Shown here piece by piece: positions 28,728-38,867 of a stretch of DNA of 64,000 nucleotides (position 1 is its first letter; every line of letters starts with the position of its first letter). Position numbers and translations under genes: made by a program. This DNA comes from an uncultured Planctomycetia bacterium (lineage in GTDB: Bacteria > Omnitrophota > Gorgyraeia > 2-02-FULL-51-18): NCBI GenBank assembly GCA_964612035.1, contig CAZTBX010000099.1:3194-67193 (forward strand), written 5' to 3'. The notes below the pieces were generated by a model. That model saw only the letters and a program-made list of their open reading frames with translations. It ran no database searches and was not told the DNA's origin.

Positions 28728-29401
28728 AGCTAGTGGCTTTTGACTGTTCGACGGGTGCGTTGTCGCTCGGGGTGTTCGATTCCGGAAAAAGACTGGCCGG
28801 TGAAACGACAAGCTCCGGCATGCACTCGACCACGCTGGCTCCGGCCATTGAAAAGGCGCTTCAAAAGAGCGGGTTCGCTCTCAAGGACCTGGACTGCATA
28901 GCCCTGGGACTGGGCCCCGGTTCTTTTACGGGTCTGCGCGTGGCTGTCACGACCGCCAAGACACTCGCTTACGCGGCCAAGAAAAACATCGTAGGAGTGT
29001 CCAGCCTTGAGGCGATGGCGCAAGCCTGTTCCGAAAAAACCCGGCCGATCGCGGTGATAGGCGACGGGCGGAAGGGGATGCTTTATTTCGCGCTTTACCG
29101 GCGTACGGCGAAGGGCCTGAGCATTCTACGGAAGCCAGCGCTGGTTGACGCGGAACATCTTTTTCAAAGTTTCAAAGGCCCGGCGCATTTTATCGGCGAA
29201 GTGGAAAAATTCATGACACGGCTTTCCGAATTATCTAAAAAGCGAGTAGGCATCACCTGGGACGAGCGGAACTCCGTTCCGAAAGCCGAAGGAGTGGCCG
29301 AGGCCGCCATTTTGCGCGTACGCAGCAAAAAGTTCGACGATGCTTTCCTGTTGGAGCCGCTTTACCTGCATGCCAGAGACTGCAATGTCACCAAAAAATA
29401 A
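28724..29401 (+). CDS. tsaB: tRNA t6A37 biosynthesis protein TsaB (inactive Kae1 paralogue)
   Basis: MKLVAFDCSTGALSLGV...GPGSFTGLRV. It follows tsaE with an ATGA overlap. Confidence 0.8.
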   Translation: MKLVAFDCSTGALSLGVFDSGKRLAGETTSSGMHSTTLAPAIEKALQKSGFALKDLDCIALGLGPGSFTGLRVAVTTAKTLAYAAKKNIVGVSSLEAMAQACSEKTRPIAVIGDGRKGMLYFALYRRTAKGLSILRKPALVDAEHLFQSFKGPAHFIGEVEKFMTRLSELSKKRVGITWDERNSVPKAEGVAEAAILRVRSKKFDDAFLLEPLYLHARDCNVTKK

Positions 29402-30527
29402 AATACCGCTTGTATGGGCCGAAGTGGACCTGAAAAATCTCAGGGCCAATCTCAGCGCTCTCAAGCGCTCACTCGTCTCCAAACACACAGAAATACTCGC
29501 GGTGGTGAAAGCGGACGCGTATGGACATGGGATGAAGGTCGTGGCGCGCGAACTGGCCAGGCAGGGCGTCGCGTTTTTCGGCGTGGCCAATATCGATGAG
29601 GCCCTGGAGCTTCGAAAAGCGCTGCCCGCAGCCAAGATCCTCGTGCTCGGCACTTTTCACGAACAGCAGCTGCCGCTTTATCTCAGCGCACGTATCCGGC
29701 CCAGCATCTCTTCGCTGGAAGACATGAGACTCGTGCAGCGTGCCGCCCAGCGAAAAAAAACTCCGTTCGCCGTGCACGTCAAGATCGATACGGGCATGGG
29801 CCGTCTCGGCGTGTGGTGGGAAGACGCGGAAGCTTTTTTCCATCAGGCGGTGAAAATGCGCCGCGTGCGCATCGAGGGCGTGTACACACATTTTTCAAGC
29901 GCGGACCACAAGGATGGCTCCATCACCACCAAACAGATCGCGTTGTTCAATGGCACCCTGGCGCTGCTCAAGCGTCTGAACATCCATCCTCGCTATTTTC
30001 ACGCTGCCAACAGCCTTGGCGCCATCCGTTTCCACAAAACACATCTGAATCTCGTGAGGCCCGGCATTGTCCTGTACGGTCTGAACCCTTATCGCGGCGG
30101 ACGCCTGTCCATCAAGCTCAAGCCGCTTCTTTGTCTCAAAACCCGCATTTCGTTCCTGAAGAAAACCGCCAAAGGCCGTTCCATCAGCTATGGCGCCACT
30201 TACCACACTTCCAAGCCGACCTGGATAGCGACACTACCCGTGGGGTACAGCCACGGGTACCGCCTCGGCTTGTCCAACAAGGCTCATGTCATCGTTCGCG
30301 GCCGGCGTTGTCCGGTGGTGGGACGCGTCACCATGGACCACACGCTCGTGGATGTGGGGCATGTACCCGGCGTAAAACGCTGGGACGAGGTGACGCTGAT
30401 CGGAAAGCAGGGGCGTGTCGAGATCAGCGCCGAAGACATAGCTTCCTTAATGCAAACCATCCCCTACGAGGTGGTGTGCTCCATCCATAGTCGTATCCCA
30501 CGCTTCTACAAGCACATCGGGAAATAG
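29385..30527 (+). CDS. alr: Alanine racemase
   Basis: PLP-lysine motif AVVKADAYGHG and a C-terminal beta domain. The start may be at 29370 or 29385. Confidence 0.85.
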   Translation: MSPKNKIPLVWAEVDLKNLRANLSALKRSLVSKHTEILAVVKADAYGHGMKVVARELARQGVAFFGVANIDEALELRKALPAAKILVLGTFHEQQLPLYLSARIRPSISSLEDMRLVQRAAQRKKTPFAVHVKIDTGMGRLGVWWEDAEAFFHQAVKMRRVRIEGVYTHFSSADHKDGSITTKQIALFNGTLALLKRLNIHPRYFHAANSLGAIRFHKTHLNLVRPGIVLYGLNPYRGGRLSIKLKPLLCLKTRISFLKKTAKGRSISYGATYHTSKPTWIATLPVGYSHGYRLGLSNKAHVIVRGRRCPVVGRVTMDHTLVDVGHVPGVKRWDEVTLIGKQGRVEISAEDIASLMQTIPYEVVCSIHSRIPRFYKHIGK

Positions 30528-30544
30528 GCCCCTCGCTCTGTATT

Positions 30545-30572
30545 TTGACAGCACTTGGTTCCGTGCTATAAT
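30545..30572 (+). promoter_or_regulatory. Consensus sigma70 promoter upstream of ilvB
   Basis: -35 TTGACA at 30545-30550, a 16 nt spacer, and -10 TATAAT at 30567-30572, inside an AT-rich intergenic stretch. Confidence 0.6.
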
Positions 30573-30641
30573 ACAAAGTTTACTAAAATGGTCTTGTATT
30601 GACTCAAAAAAGGATCGCTTTTAGATCATAAAGGAAGCTGA

Positions 30642-32318
30642 ATGTCTAAGATGACGGGTGCCCAGATCGTCGTGGAAGCTTTCACACGCGAAGGCGTGGA
30701 ATACGTTTTCGGATTGCCTGGCGGAGCTTGCCTGCCCCTGTTTGACGCGTTATACGACGCAAAATTCAAAGTCGTTCTCGTGCGCCATGAACAAGGCGCC
30801 GTCCATATGGCCGAAGGCTACGCGCGTTCCACGGGCAAACCGGGTATCGTTGTCGTGACTTCAGGTCCCGGCGCCACGAACACCGTGACGGGGATCGCCG
30901 ATGCGTACATGGACTCCATTCCTCTGGTTGTCATCACGGGGCAGGTGAAATCGTTTCTCATCGGGAATGATGCCTTTCAGGAAGCCGACGTGACCGGCAT
31001 CACGCGTCCCATCACGAAACACAATTATCTCGTGAAAGACATCAAAGACCTCGCACGCGTCGTGAAAGAGGCGTTTTACATCGCCACGCACGGCCGTCCG
31101 GGACCGGTGCTCATCGATTTCCCTTCGGATGTGAGCCTCATGTCCATCGACTTTCAGTATCCGGAAGAAGTGAGCATCCGCGGGTTCAAGCCGACCACGC
31201 AGGGTCATCCGGGCCAGATCAAAAAGGCCGCGAAGATGATCGAGGAATCGAAGAAGCCCGTGGTGTACACCGGCGGCGGCGTCATCATCGCGGGTGCGGC
31301 GCGTGAGCTCGTGGAATTCGTGGAAAAAACGAACGCGCCCTGCACAAACACGCTGATGGGTCTCGGCGGCGTGCCGGCCAATCACCGTCTTTTCATGGGC
31401 ATGCTCGGCATGCACGGGACCGTGTACGCGAACCGCGCGGTGCATGAAAGCGACCTTCTCATCGCTATCGGCGCGCGCTTCGATGACCGTGTCACCGGAG
31501 ATTTAAAAAAATTCGCTCCGACCGCCAAGATCATCCACATGGACGTGGACCCTTCGGCGATCTCAAAGAACGTGAAAGTGGACATCCCCATCGTTGGCGA
31601 CGTGAAGCAGATACTGCAGGAGCTGAACAAGATCGTGAAGCCCGCGGACACGGCCTTGTGGCTAGCCGATATCGAGAAATGGAAAAAGGAGAGCCCTCTG
31701 CGCTACCGTGATGACACCGAAGAGATACGCCCGCAGTACGCGATCCAGAAATTGTCGGACATTTACGGCGGCGATGCCATCGTGTCCACGGACGTGGGGC
31801 AGCATCAGATGTGGGCGGCCCAGTATTACAAGTTGAACGGTCCGAACCAGCTTCTCACCAGCGGCGGCCTCGGCACCATGGGCTACGGATTTCCGGCGGC
31901 CATCGGCGCGCAGTTCGCGTTCCCCGGCCGCACCGTCTGCTGTATCACCGGCGACGGTTCGATACAAATGAACATCCAGGAGATGGCGACGGCAGCGCTG
32001 CACAAACTGCCGATCAAGATCGCCATCATCAATAACAATTATCTTGGCATGGTGCGCCAGTGGCAGGAGGCGTTCTACAAGCGCCGCTATTCGAGCTCAG
32101 AGATGTCGGGCAACCCCGATTTCGTGAAGCTCTCCGAGGCCTATGGCGGTGCTGGCATCCGTGTGACGAAAAAAGCCGAGGTCGAAAAGGCTATTCAGTG
32201 GTCGCTCACGGTGACAGACCGGCCGTGCGTACTGGATTTCGTCGTGAAAGAGGAAGAAAACGTTTTTCCCATGATCCCCGCGGGCAGGTCCTTCGAGGAA
32301 ATCATGGACATGGCTTAA
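30642..32318 (+). CDS. ilvB: Acetolactate synthase large subunit
   Basis: 558 aa ThDP enzyme (GGxGxxN...NN motif [17 protein letters not shown]). It is followed by ilvN and ilvC. Confidence 0.9.
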   Translation: MSKMTGAQIVVEAFTREGVEYVFGLPGGACLPLFDALYDAKFKVVLVRHEQGAVHMAEGYARSTGKPGIVVVTSGPGATNTVTGIADAYMDSIPLVVITGQVKSFLIGNDAFQEADVTGITRPITKHNYLVKDIKDLARVVKEAFYIATHGRPGPVLIDFPSDVSLMSIDFQYPEEVSIRGFKPTTQGHPGQIKKAAKMIEESKKPVVYTGGGVIIAGAARELVEFVEKTNAPCTNTLMGLGGVPANHRLFMGMLGMHGTVYANRAVHESDLLIAIGARFDDRVTGDLKKFAPTAKIIHMDVDPSAISKNVKVDIPIVGDVKQILQELNKIVKPADTALWLADIEKWKKESPLRYRDDTEEIRPQYAIQKLSDIYGGDAIVSTDVGQHQMWAAQYYKLNGPNQLLTSGGLGTMGYGFPAAIGAQFAFPGRTVCCITGDGSIQMNIQEMATAALHKLPIKIAIINNNYLGMVRQWQEAFYKRRYSSSEMSGNPDFVKLSEAYGGAGIRVTKKAEVEKAIQWSLTVTDRPCVLDFVVKEEENVFPMIPAGRSFEEIMDMA

Positions 32319-32332
32319 AACAAAGGGGATGT

Positions 32333-32845
32333 ATGGCCGTTCATGACGCGACACCCATTGAACACCGGATACTCTCGGTGCTCGTCGAAAATCGGTCTGG
32401 TGTACTGTCCCACGTGGTGGGGCTTTTTTCGGCGCGAGGGTTTAACATCGATTCACTGGCCGTCGGAGAGACCGAGGACCCGACGATGTCGCGCATCACG
32501 CTGGTCGCTGCCGGAGACCAGAAGACGCTCGAGCAGATCAAAAAGCAGCTGAACAAGCTCATCGACGTCATCAAGGTGCAGGACCTGACCACCGAGGAAT
32601 TCATCGACCGCGAGCTCATGCTCGTAAAAATGAAGAACACGCCTCCGATCCGCGAAAAGGTGCAGGCGCTCTCGGCGGAGTACCACCTTCGCATCGTGGA
32701 TGAAAATCCGGATGTGGTCACTTTCGAATGCACGGAGTCAAGGGAGAACACGCAAAAGCTTTTCGGCAAATTAAAAAGTATCGGGATACTGGAAATTGCC
32801 CAGACCGGGGCGGTCGCTCTTTCCAAAAAACCTCCGAAAGACTAA
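32333..32845 (+). CDS. ilvN: Acetolactate synthase small (regulatory) subunit
   Basis: ACT domain start HRILSVLVENRSGVLSHVVGLFSARGFNIDSLAVG. ATG at 32333. The ORF track shows a longer ORF from 32060. Confidence 0.85.
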   Translation: MAVHDATPIEHRILSVLVENRSGVLSHVVGLFSARGFNIDSLAVGETEDPTMSRITLVAAGDQKTLEQIKKQLNKLIDVIKVQDLTTEEFIDRELMLVKMKNTPPIREKVQALSAEYHLRIVDENPDVVTFECTESRENTQKLFGKLKSIGILEIAQTGAVALSKKPPKD

Positions 32846-32877
32846 GTCCCGTTCCAAATTTAAACTAGGAGAAAAAA

Positions 32878-33864
32878 ATGGCGAAAATTTATTATGACCA
32901 GGACGCGGACTTGACGGACATCCAGGACAAGACCGTCGGTGTCATCGGTTACGGGATCCAGGGGCGCGGCCAGGCACTGAACCTGCGTGACAGCGGCGTG
33001 CGTGTCATCGTGTCCCAGAGACCCGGCGGGCCCAATTACGAAATGGCGAAAAAGGACGGATTCCAGCCCGTCGAAGCGGCCGAGGCGGCGAAAAAGTCCG
33101 ATATCATCATCATCCTCGCGCAGGACCCGCTTCAGGCGGACATTTACAGGCAGTCCGTGGCGCCGTATCTGACGAAAGGCAAGGCGCTGGCTTTTTCACA
33201 CGGCTTCAACATCCATTTCAAGCAGATCGTGCCCCCGAAATTCGTGGACGTGTTCATGGTGGCGCCCAAAGGCCCGGGCAGCCTTGTGCGCCGTCTGTAC
33301 GAAGAGGGAAAAGGCGTGCCGTGTCTCGTGGCCATTTTCCAGGACGCGACCAAACGCTGCAAAAACATCGCGCTGGCCTATGCCAAGGGTCTCGGCGGCA
33401 CGCGCGCCGGTGTCATCGAGACGACTTTCAAAGAAGAGACGGAGACCGATCTTTTCGGTGAGCAGACGGTGCTTTGCGGCGGCACCAGCGCCCTCATCAA
33501 GGCGGGGTTCGACACGCTGATCCAGGCGGGCTATCAGCCGGAGATCGCGTATTTCGAGTGCCTGCATGAACTCAAACTCATCACCGACATGATCTATGCC
33601 ACTGGGATCCAGGGCATGAGGAAGCGCGTGTCGGATACCGCCGAGTACGGTGATGTCACGCGCGGACCGCGCGTGGTGAACGCCCAAACGCGCAAGGAAA
33701 TGAAAAAGATCCTGAAAGAGATCCAGAGCGGGAAATTCGCGAAGGAATTTCTAGCGGACTATAAAAAAGGTAAAAAGAATTTCGAAAAATTGCGGCACGC
33801 GGACGACAAGCACCCGGTCGAACTGGTGGGAGCGAAGCTGAGAGGAATGATGAAATGGCTGTGA
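32878..33864 (+). CDS. ilvC: Ketol-acid reductoisomerase
   Basis: Rossmann motif [18 protein letters not shown]. 328 aa class I KARI. Confidence 0.9.
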   Translation: MAKIYYDQDADLTDIQDKTVGVIGYGIQGRGQALNLRDSGVRVIVSQRPGGPNYEMAKKDGFQPVEAAEAAKKSDIIIILAQDPLQADIYRQSVAPYLTKGKALAFSHGFNIHFKQIVPPKFVDVFMVAPKGPGSLVRRLYEEGKGVPCLVAIFQDATKRCKNIALAYAKGLGGTRAGVIETTFKEETETDLFGEQTVLCGGTSALIKAGFDTLIQAGYQPEIAYFECLHELKLITDMIYATGIQGMRKRVSDTAEYGDVTRGPRVVNAQTRKEMKKILKEIQSGKFAKEFLADYKKGKKNFEKLRHADDKHPVELVGAKLRGMMKWL

Positions 33865-33869
33865 AAGAA

Positions 33870-33979
33870 GCGAAAAGTGAAAAGCGAAAAACGAAAAGTG
33901 ATGGAGCCACTTCGTGGCCTATATAAAAGTCGCCGAAGGCGACTCAATAGTTTTACGCTTTTCGTTTCACGCTTTTCGC
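33870..33979 (+). promoter_or_regulatory. Structured ilvC-leuA intergenic region: imperfect ~30 nt GCGAAAAG-rich inverted repeat arms around two short hairpins (candidate attenuator/terminator)
   Basis: Arm 33870-33900 (gcgaaaagtgaaaagcgaaaaacgaaaagtg) pairs imperfectly with arm 33951-33979 (ttttacgcttttcgtttcacgcttttcgc). Inner hairpins are GCCACttcGTGGC at ~33905-33917 and GTCGCCgaaGGCGAC at 33929-33943. Confidence 0.4.
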
Positions 33980-33985
33980 TAAATT

Positions 33986-35539
33986 ATGACAGATAACAAT
34001 AGAATTTACATTTTCGACACCACTCTAAGGGACGGCGAGCAGTCTCCGGGCGCGAGCCTGGACGAAAAAGGCAAGCTCGAGATAGCCAAGCAGCTCGCGG
34101 AGCTTCGGGTGGATGTCATCGAAGCCGGATTTCCCATCACTTCGCCGGGAGATGCGCAGGCGGTCAAGCGGATAGCCCAGGAAGTGAAGGGGCCTATGAT
34201 CTGTGCCCTTGCGCGCACCGTGCAAAAAGACATGGACGTGGCGCTGGATTCACTGAAGCCGGCGAAAAAGTCACGCTTGCACGTTTTCATCGCGACTTCC
34301 GAGATACACAGGCGTTACAAGCTGAACAAGGCAAAAGAGGAAATACTCCGCATCGCCGCCGAGTCCGTGCGCTATGCGCGCAATCGCATCGGCGAGGTCG
34401 AGTTCTCTCCCGAAGACGCGTCACGCACCGAGCCGCCTTTTCTGTACCAGGTGCTTGAGGCCGTCATCGACGCGGGCGCCACCGTACTGAATATCCCCGA
34501 CACGGTGGGATACGCCACGCCTTTTGAATTCGGCAATCTCATCAAAGGGATATTCGATAACGTGCCCAATATCCAAAAGGCCATCATCAGCGTGCATTGC
34601 CACAACGATCTCGGCCTAGCCGTTGCCAACTCGCTGGCGGCCGTGCGCTTTGGCGCGCGCCAAGTCGAATGCACGGTGAACGGCATCGGCGAACGCGCCG
34701 GTAACGCCGCGCTTGAGGAGATCGTCATGGCGCTCGACACGCGTAGCGATATTTTCGGCAAGCACACGAATATACGGCGCGACCAGATCTGCAAGTCCAG
34801 CCGCCTCGTGAGTTCGCTCACGGGCATGGTGGTACAACCCAACAAGGCCGTGGTCGGGAAAAACGCTTTCACGCACGAGTCCGGCATCCATCAGGACGGA
34901 CTTTTGAAGCTCCGAAAAACCTACGAGATCATGCGTCCCGAGGACGTAGGGTTCGGCGAAACCAAGCTCGTACTCGGCAAGCACTCGGGCCGCCACGCGC
35001 TCGAGTCGCGCCTCGGCAAGATCGGCTACAAGCTTTCGCCCAAAGAGCTGGACAAGGTGTTCGAAGATTTCAAGACGCTCGCGGACAAAAAAAAGGAAGT
35101 GTTCGACGACGACATCGCGGCCCTCGTGGACACGCGGATCGCGGGCACGCCGAAGCGTTATGAACTCGCGTATCTCCGGGTGCTCACGGAAAGCGGCAAA
35201 GATCCGACGGTGTCGGTAAAGATCAAGGACAAAGGAAAGGTGCTCTCGGCCTCGGGGACAGGCAGCGGGCCGGTGGATGCGGCCTACAAGCTCGTGGACA
35301 AGATGATCAAGCGGAAGACGAAGCTTCTGGATTACCAGATCCGTTCCGTCACCGTCGGCAAAGACGCGCAGGGTGAAGTGACGATCAAGGTTGAGGGGCA
35401 AGCCGGCCATGTGGTGCTCGGCCAAGGACTCAGCACCGACGTCATCGAAGCCAGCGTGCGCGCGTATCTCGACGCGATCAATAAGATGGTGCACCGGTCG
35501 CAGGCATCCTCCAAAGGCCGCCTCGACCACGGTGTGTGA
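33986..35539 (+). CDS. leuA: 2-isopropylmalate synthase
   Basis: DTTLRDGEQSPG start, HCHNDLGLAVANSLAA, and a C-terminal LeuA dimerisation/regulatory domain. 517 aa. Confidence 0.9.
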   Translation: MTDNNRIYIFDTTLRDGEQSPGASLDEKGKLEIAKQLAELRVDVIEAGFPITSPGDAQAVKRIAQEVKGPMICALARTVQKDMDVALDSLKPAKKSRLHVFIATSEIHRRYKLNKAKEEILRIAAESVRYARNRIGEVEFSPEDASRTEPPFLYQVLEAVIDAGATVLNIPDTVGYATPFEFGNLIKGIFDNVPNIQKAIISVHCHNDLGLAVANSLAAVRFGARQVECTVNGIGERAGNAALEEIVMALDTRSDIFGKHTNIRRDQICKSSRLVSSLTGMVVQPNKAVVGKNAFTHESGIHQDGLLKLRKTYEIMRPEDVGFGETKLVLGKHSGRHALESRLGKIGYKLSPKELDKVFEDFKTLADKKKEVFDDDIAALVDTRIAGTPKRYELAYLRVLTESGKDPTVSVKIKDKGKVLSASGTGSGPVDAAYKLVDKMIKRKTKLLDYQIRSVTVGKDAQGEVTIKVEGQAGHVVLGQGLSTDVIEASVRAYLDAINKMVHRSQASSKGRLDHGV

Positions 35540-36408
35540 TGTCTAGGTCTTCGCCCCCAAAACTAGACTCCAATACACAGCTGTACGGCATCATCGGTGA
35601 CCCCATCGGCCACTCGCTTTCCCCGAAGCTTCATAACGCCGTTTTTGAGAAATTCGGCATGAACGCCGTGTACCTGGCTTTCCGGGTCGAAGCCAGCCGC
35701 GTCGAACAAGCCTTTGACGCCATGCGGGCGCTTGGCATCGCGGGGTTCAACGTGACGGTTCCGCACAAGGAAGCGGCGATCGACTGCATCGACGAGATCC
35801 CTCATGATATCGACCGCGTCATCGGCGCGATCAACACCATCGTGAATCGTGATGGAAGGCTTTTTGGATACAACACCGACAGCCCGGGGTTCTTGAGTTC
35901 TTTGAAACAGGAGCTTGCTTTCAACCCCAAGGGGAAAAAAGTCCTGCTCCTGGGCGCCGGAGGCGCCGCGCGGGGAGTGTCTTTTTCGTTGGCTTTGGCC
36001 GGAGCTGAAAAAATGTGGGTCTACAATCGCACGCGGGAGAAAGGTGTGGGTCTCGCGGATCTTTTGACGAAACATTTTCCAAAAACGGAGTTTTCGGCCA
36101 TCGGCGGCTCCGGAGAAGCGGCCATGGAAAAGATCGATCTCGTGGTGAACACCACTTCCGTCGGGATGGAAGGTAATCCCGGTGTTCCTTTGGACCTCCG
36201 TCATTTGAAATCGCAGCCGGCGGTGGTTGACCTCGTGTATTCACCGGAGGAAACCGAATTTCTCAAGCAGGCCAGGCGTCTCGATCTGCGTTGCACGAAC
36301 GGCCTCGGGATGCTCGTCGCGCAGGCCGCGCTCTCGTTCGAGCGCTGGACAGGCAAAACAGAGGGCGTTCAGGCGCTGATGGCGGACGTTCTGAAAAAAT
36401 GTCTTTGA
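35536..36408 (+). CDS. aroE: Shikimate dehydrogenase
   Basis: LYGIIGDPIGHSLSPKLHN start and NVTVPHKE motif. 290 aa. Confidence 0.85.
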   Translation: MMSRSSPPKLDSNTQLYGIIGDPIGHSLSPKLHNAVFEKFGMNAVYLAFRVEASRVEQAFDAMRALGIAGFNVTVPHKEAAIDCIDEIPHDIDRVIGAINTIVNRDGRLFGYNTDSPGFLSSLKQELAFNPKGKKVLLLGAGGAARGVSFSLALAGAEKMWVYNRTREKGVGLADLLTKHFPKTEFSAIGGSGEAAMEKIDLVVNTTSVGMEGNPGVPLDLRHLKSQPAVVDLVYSPEETEFLKQARRLDLRCTNGLGMLVAQAALSFERWTGKTEGVQALMADVLKKCL

Positions 36409-37187
36409 TCGTGTTCCTATTCGGGACCCTCGTCGGCAGTTTTCTGAACGTATGCATTTTCCGCATTCCGGCGAACCGTTCCATTGTGTTTCCAGGGTCC
36501 AGCTGTCCGTATTGCGCGAAACCGATACGCTGGTTCGACAATATTCCTTGCCTGAGCTTCTTGGCGCTGCGCGGACGCTGCCGCGACTGCGGAGCGAAAA
36601 TTTCTCCGCAGTATTTTGTCATCGAGTTTTTGACGGGGACGCTTTTCGCCGTGTTCTACGGCCGTTTTGGAGCCACACCGATAGCAGCGATCTATCTGGT
36701 GTTGACGCTGGCGCTTCTCGTTGAAAGTGCCATCGACTGGAGACACGAGATCATCCCGGACCGCATCACACTGCCGGGGATGCTGCTGGGCGTTGTTGTT
36801 TCAGCCGTGCTTCCTTCACTTCACGGTGAGGAGACGGCGCTGCGCGCCACCCTGCAGTCGCTGGGCGGGCTTCTCCTCGGGGGTGGGTTCTTGTATTTGG
36901 CGGCGGTTGCCGCCGAAGCGATATTGAAAAAAGAGGCGATGGGCGGCGGGGACGTGAAACTGCTCGCGATGATGGGCGCATTCCTTGGCTGGAGAGGTGT
37001 GCTCTGGACTGTCTTCGTGTCCTCGCTTCTTGGGAGCGTCGTCGGCGTATACTTGCGTCTCACAAAAGGCCGCGAACGCATTCCGTTCGGGCCGTTCCTG
37101 GGCGCGGCCGCGGTACTTTATATTTTTTTCGGGGAAGTGGTGATCCGGTGGTATTCCCAAGCGATGGGCTTGGAGAGAATTTTTTAG
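36399..37187 (+). CDS. pilD: Prepilin peptidase (A24 family)
   Basis: N-terminal Cys-pair zinc motif (CPYC...CRDC) and multi-TM A24 peptidase body. ATG at 36399 overlaps the aroE end. The ORF track starts at 36291. Confidence 0.75.
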   Translation: MSLIVFLFGTLVGSFLNVCIFRIPANRSIVFPGSSCPYCAKPIRWFDNIPCLSFLALRGRCRDCGAKISPQYFVIEFLTGTLFAVFYGRFGATPIAAIYLVLTLALLVESAIDWRHEIIPDRITLPGMLLGVVVSAVLPSLHGEETALRATLQSLGGLLLGGGFLYLAAVAAEAILKKEAMGGGDVKLLAMMGAFLGWRGVLWTVFVSSLLGSVVGVYLRLTKGRERIPFGPFLGAAAVLYIFFGEVVIRWYSQAMGLERIF

Positions 37188-37202
37188 GCGGAGGAGGTCT
37201 GT

Positions 37203-38327
37203 ATGCTGCGTTTCTTGAATAGCGGGGAATCTCACGGAAAATGTCTCGTTGCGATACTCGAGGGCATGGTGGCCGGTCTTCGCGTGGACGAGGCCGACAT
37301 TGATCATGATCTAGCGCGGCGCCAGGAAGGCTATGGCCGCGGCGGCCGCATGACCATCGAAAAAGACCGCGTGGAGATCCTCTCCGGCGTGCGTCAGAAA
37401 AAGAGCATCGGTGCGCCCATTGCGCTCTTGGTGGTGAACAAGGATTTCAAGATCAACGAGCTTCCGGTGGTCAAGCGGCCCAGGCCCGGACACGCGGATC
37501 TCGTCGGCGCCATGAAATACGGGTGCGAAGACGTGCGGGACGTGCTAGAGCGGGCGAGCGCCCGCGAAACCACTACGCGCGTGGCGATCGGTGCGATCTG
37601 CCGCGCTTTCCTGAAAGAGTTCGGCGCGGAACTCGTGAGCCACGTGGTGCGCATCGGGGACGTCGTGGCCGACGCCTCCGGCATGGATTTTGAGCGCATC
37701 CGCCGCGAATCGGCGACATCGCCCATGCATTGCGCCGACAAGGCCGCGACCAAAAGAATGATGGCAAAGGTCGACGAGTCACGCAGAACCAAGGACACTA
37801 TCGGCGGCGTTTTTGAAGTCGTGGTGAAAGGCGTTCCACCGGGCCTTGGCAGTTTCGTCCACTATGATCGGCGCCTCAACGCGCAGATGTGTGCGGCTGT
37901 GATGTCCATTCAGGCCGTGAAAGGCGTTGAGATCGGCATGGGATTCCGTGCGGCCGGAACGCCGGGGCGCCTGGTGCACGACGAGATCTTTTACGACAAG
38001 AAAAAGGGATTTTACAGAAAGACCAACAATGCTGGCGGTTTCGAGGGCGGCGTGACGAATGGCGAAAACCTCGTGATCCGCGCGGCCACGAAACCGTATT
38101 CGACGCTGATGAGCCCGCTCCGGTCCGTGCACATCGATTCGAAAAAAGAAGAAAAGGCGACCATCGAGCGTTCGGACGTGACGGCGGTGCCGGCCTGCGG
38201 CGTCGTAGGCGAGGCGATGGTGGCGTTCGAGCTCGCAAAGGCCTATCTCGAGAAGTTCGGCGGGGACAGTCTCATCGAGACGCGGCGGAATTTCGACGGT
38301 TACCTGAAACAGCTCAAGGATTTCTAA
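37203..38327 (+). CDS. aroC: Chorismate synthase
   Basis: FLNSGESHGKCLVAILEGMVAGL start. 374 aa. Confidence 0.9.
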   Translation: MLRFLNSGESHGKCLVAILEGMVAGLRVDEADIDHDLARRQEGYGRGGRMTIEKDRVEILSGVRQKKSIGAPIALLVVNKDFKINELPVVKRPRPGHADLVGAMKYGCEDVRDVLERASARETTTRVAIGAICRAFLKEFGAELVSHVVRIGDVVADASGMDFERIRRESATSPMHCADKAATKRMMAKVDESRRTKDTIGGVFEVVVKGVPPGLGSFVHYDRRLNAQMCAAVMSIQAVKGVEIGMGFRAAGTPGRLVHDEIFYDKKKGFYRKTNNAGGFEGGVTNGENLVIRAATKPYSTLMSPLRSVHIDSKKEEKATIERSDVTAVPACGVVGEAMVAFELAKAYLEKFGGDSLIETRRNFDGYLKQLKDF

Positions 38328-38336
38328 GGCGGAAAA

Positions 38337-38867
38337 TTGTCGGACGAAAAAAATATCGTTCTCGTCGGGTTCATGGGCACCGGGAAATCGAGCGTGGGCA
38401 AGGCGCTCGGGAAAAAATTGAAACGTCCCGTCATTGACCTGGATGAAAACATAGAGGCTGCGGAGAAAAGAAGTATCCGCGACATTTTTGAAAAGGACGG
38501 CGAGGCGCATTTCCGCTCCCTTGAAAAAAAAGCCGTCCAGGCGCTTTCGGGTGAACGCGGCGTCGTGATCACGACGGGCGGAGGGGCGGTGCTGGACGAG
38601 GACAACAGGCGCGTGCTGAAGAAAAACGGCATTCTGATCACTTTGTCGGCAACGCCGGAAGCGATCTACACGCGCGTGAAACATTCCGGCCATCGGCCGC
38701 TACTCAACCACGGCGACCCGCTTTCGGAGATCAAGCGCCTTTTGTTGCTGCGTGAACCTTATTATAGGCAGTCGGATATTTCCATCGACACCGACGGAAA
38801 AAAGCCGGCCCAGGTGGCCGAAGAGATCCTGACTGCGTTGGAAGGAAGACTGCATGGCCAAGATTGA
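38337..38867 (+). CDS. aroK: Shikimate kinase
   Basis: P-loop GFMGTGKSSVG. 176 aa. Confidence 0.85.
   Translation: MSDEKNIVLVGFMGTGKSSVGKALGKKLKRPVIDLDENIEAAEKRSIRDIFEKDGEAHFRSLEKKAVQALSGERGVVITTGGGAVLDEDNRRVLKKNGILITLSATPEAIYTRVKHSGHRPLLNHGDPLSEIKRLLLLREPYYRQSDISIDTDGKKPAQVAEEILTALEGRLHGQD

Noticed and set aside
30573-30641. ilvB leader peptide or attenuator in the 70 nt 5' UTR.
   Set aside because: The only ORF is 4 codons (MVLY) and there is no terminator/antiterminator pair or T-box features. It is probably a simple UTR.
33901-33996. 31-codon ORF in the ilvC-leuA spacer as a leucine leader peptide.
   Set aside because: It is not Leu-rich in the way attenuation leaders are, and it overlaps the leuA start in another frame. 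The structured spacer is retained as a finding, but not the peptide.
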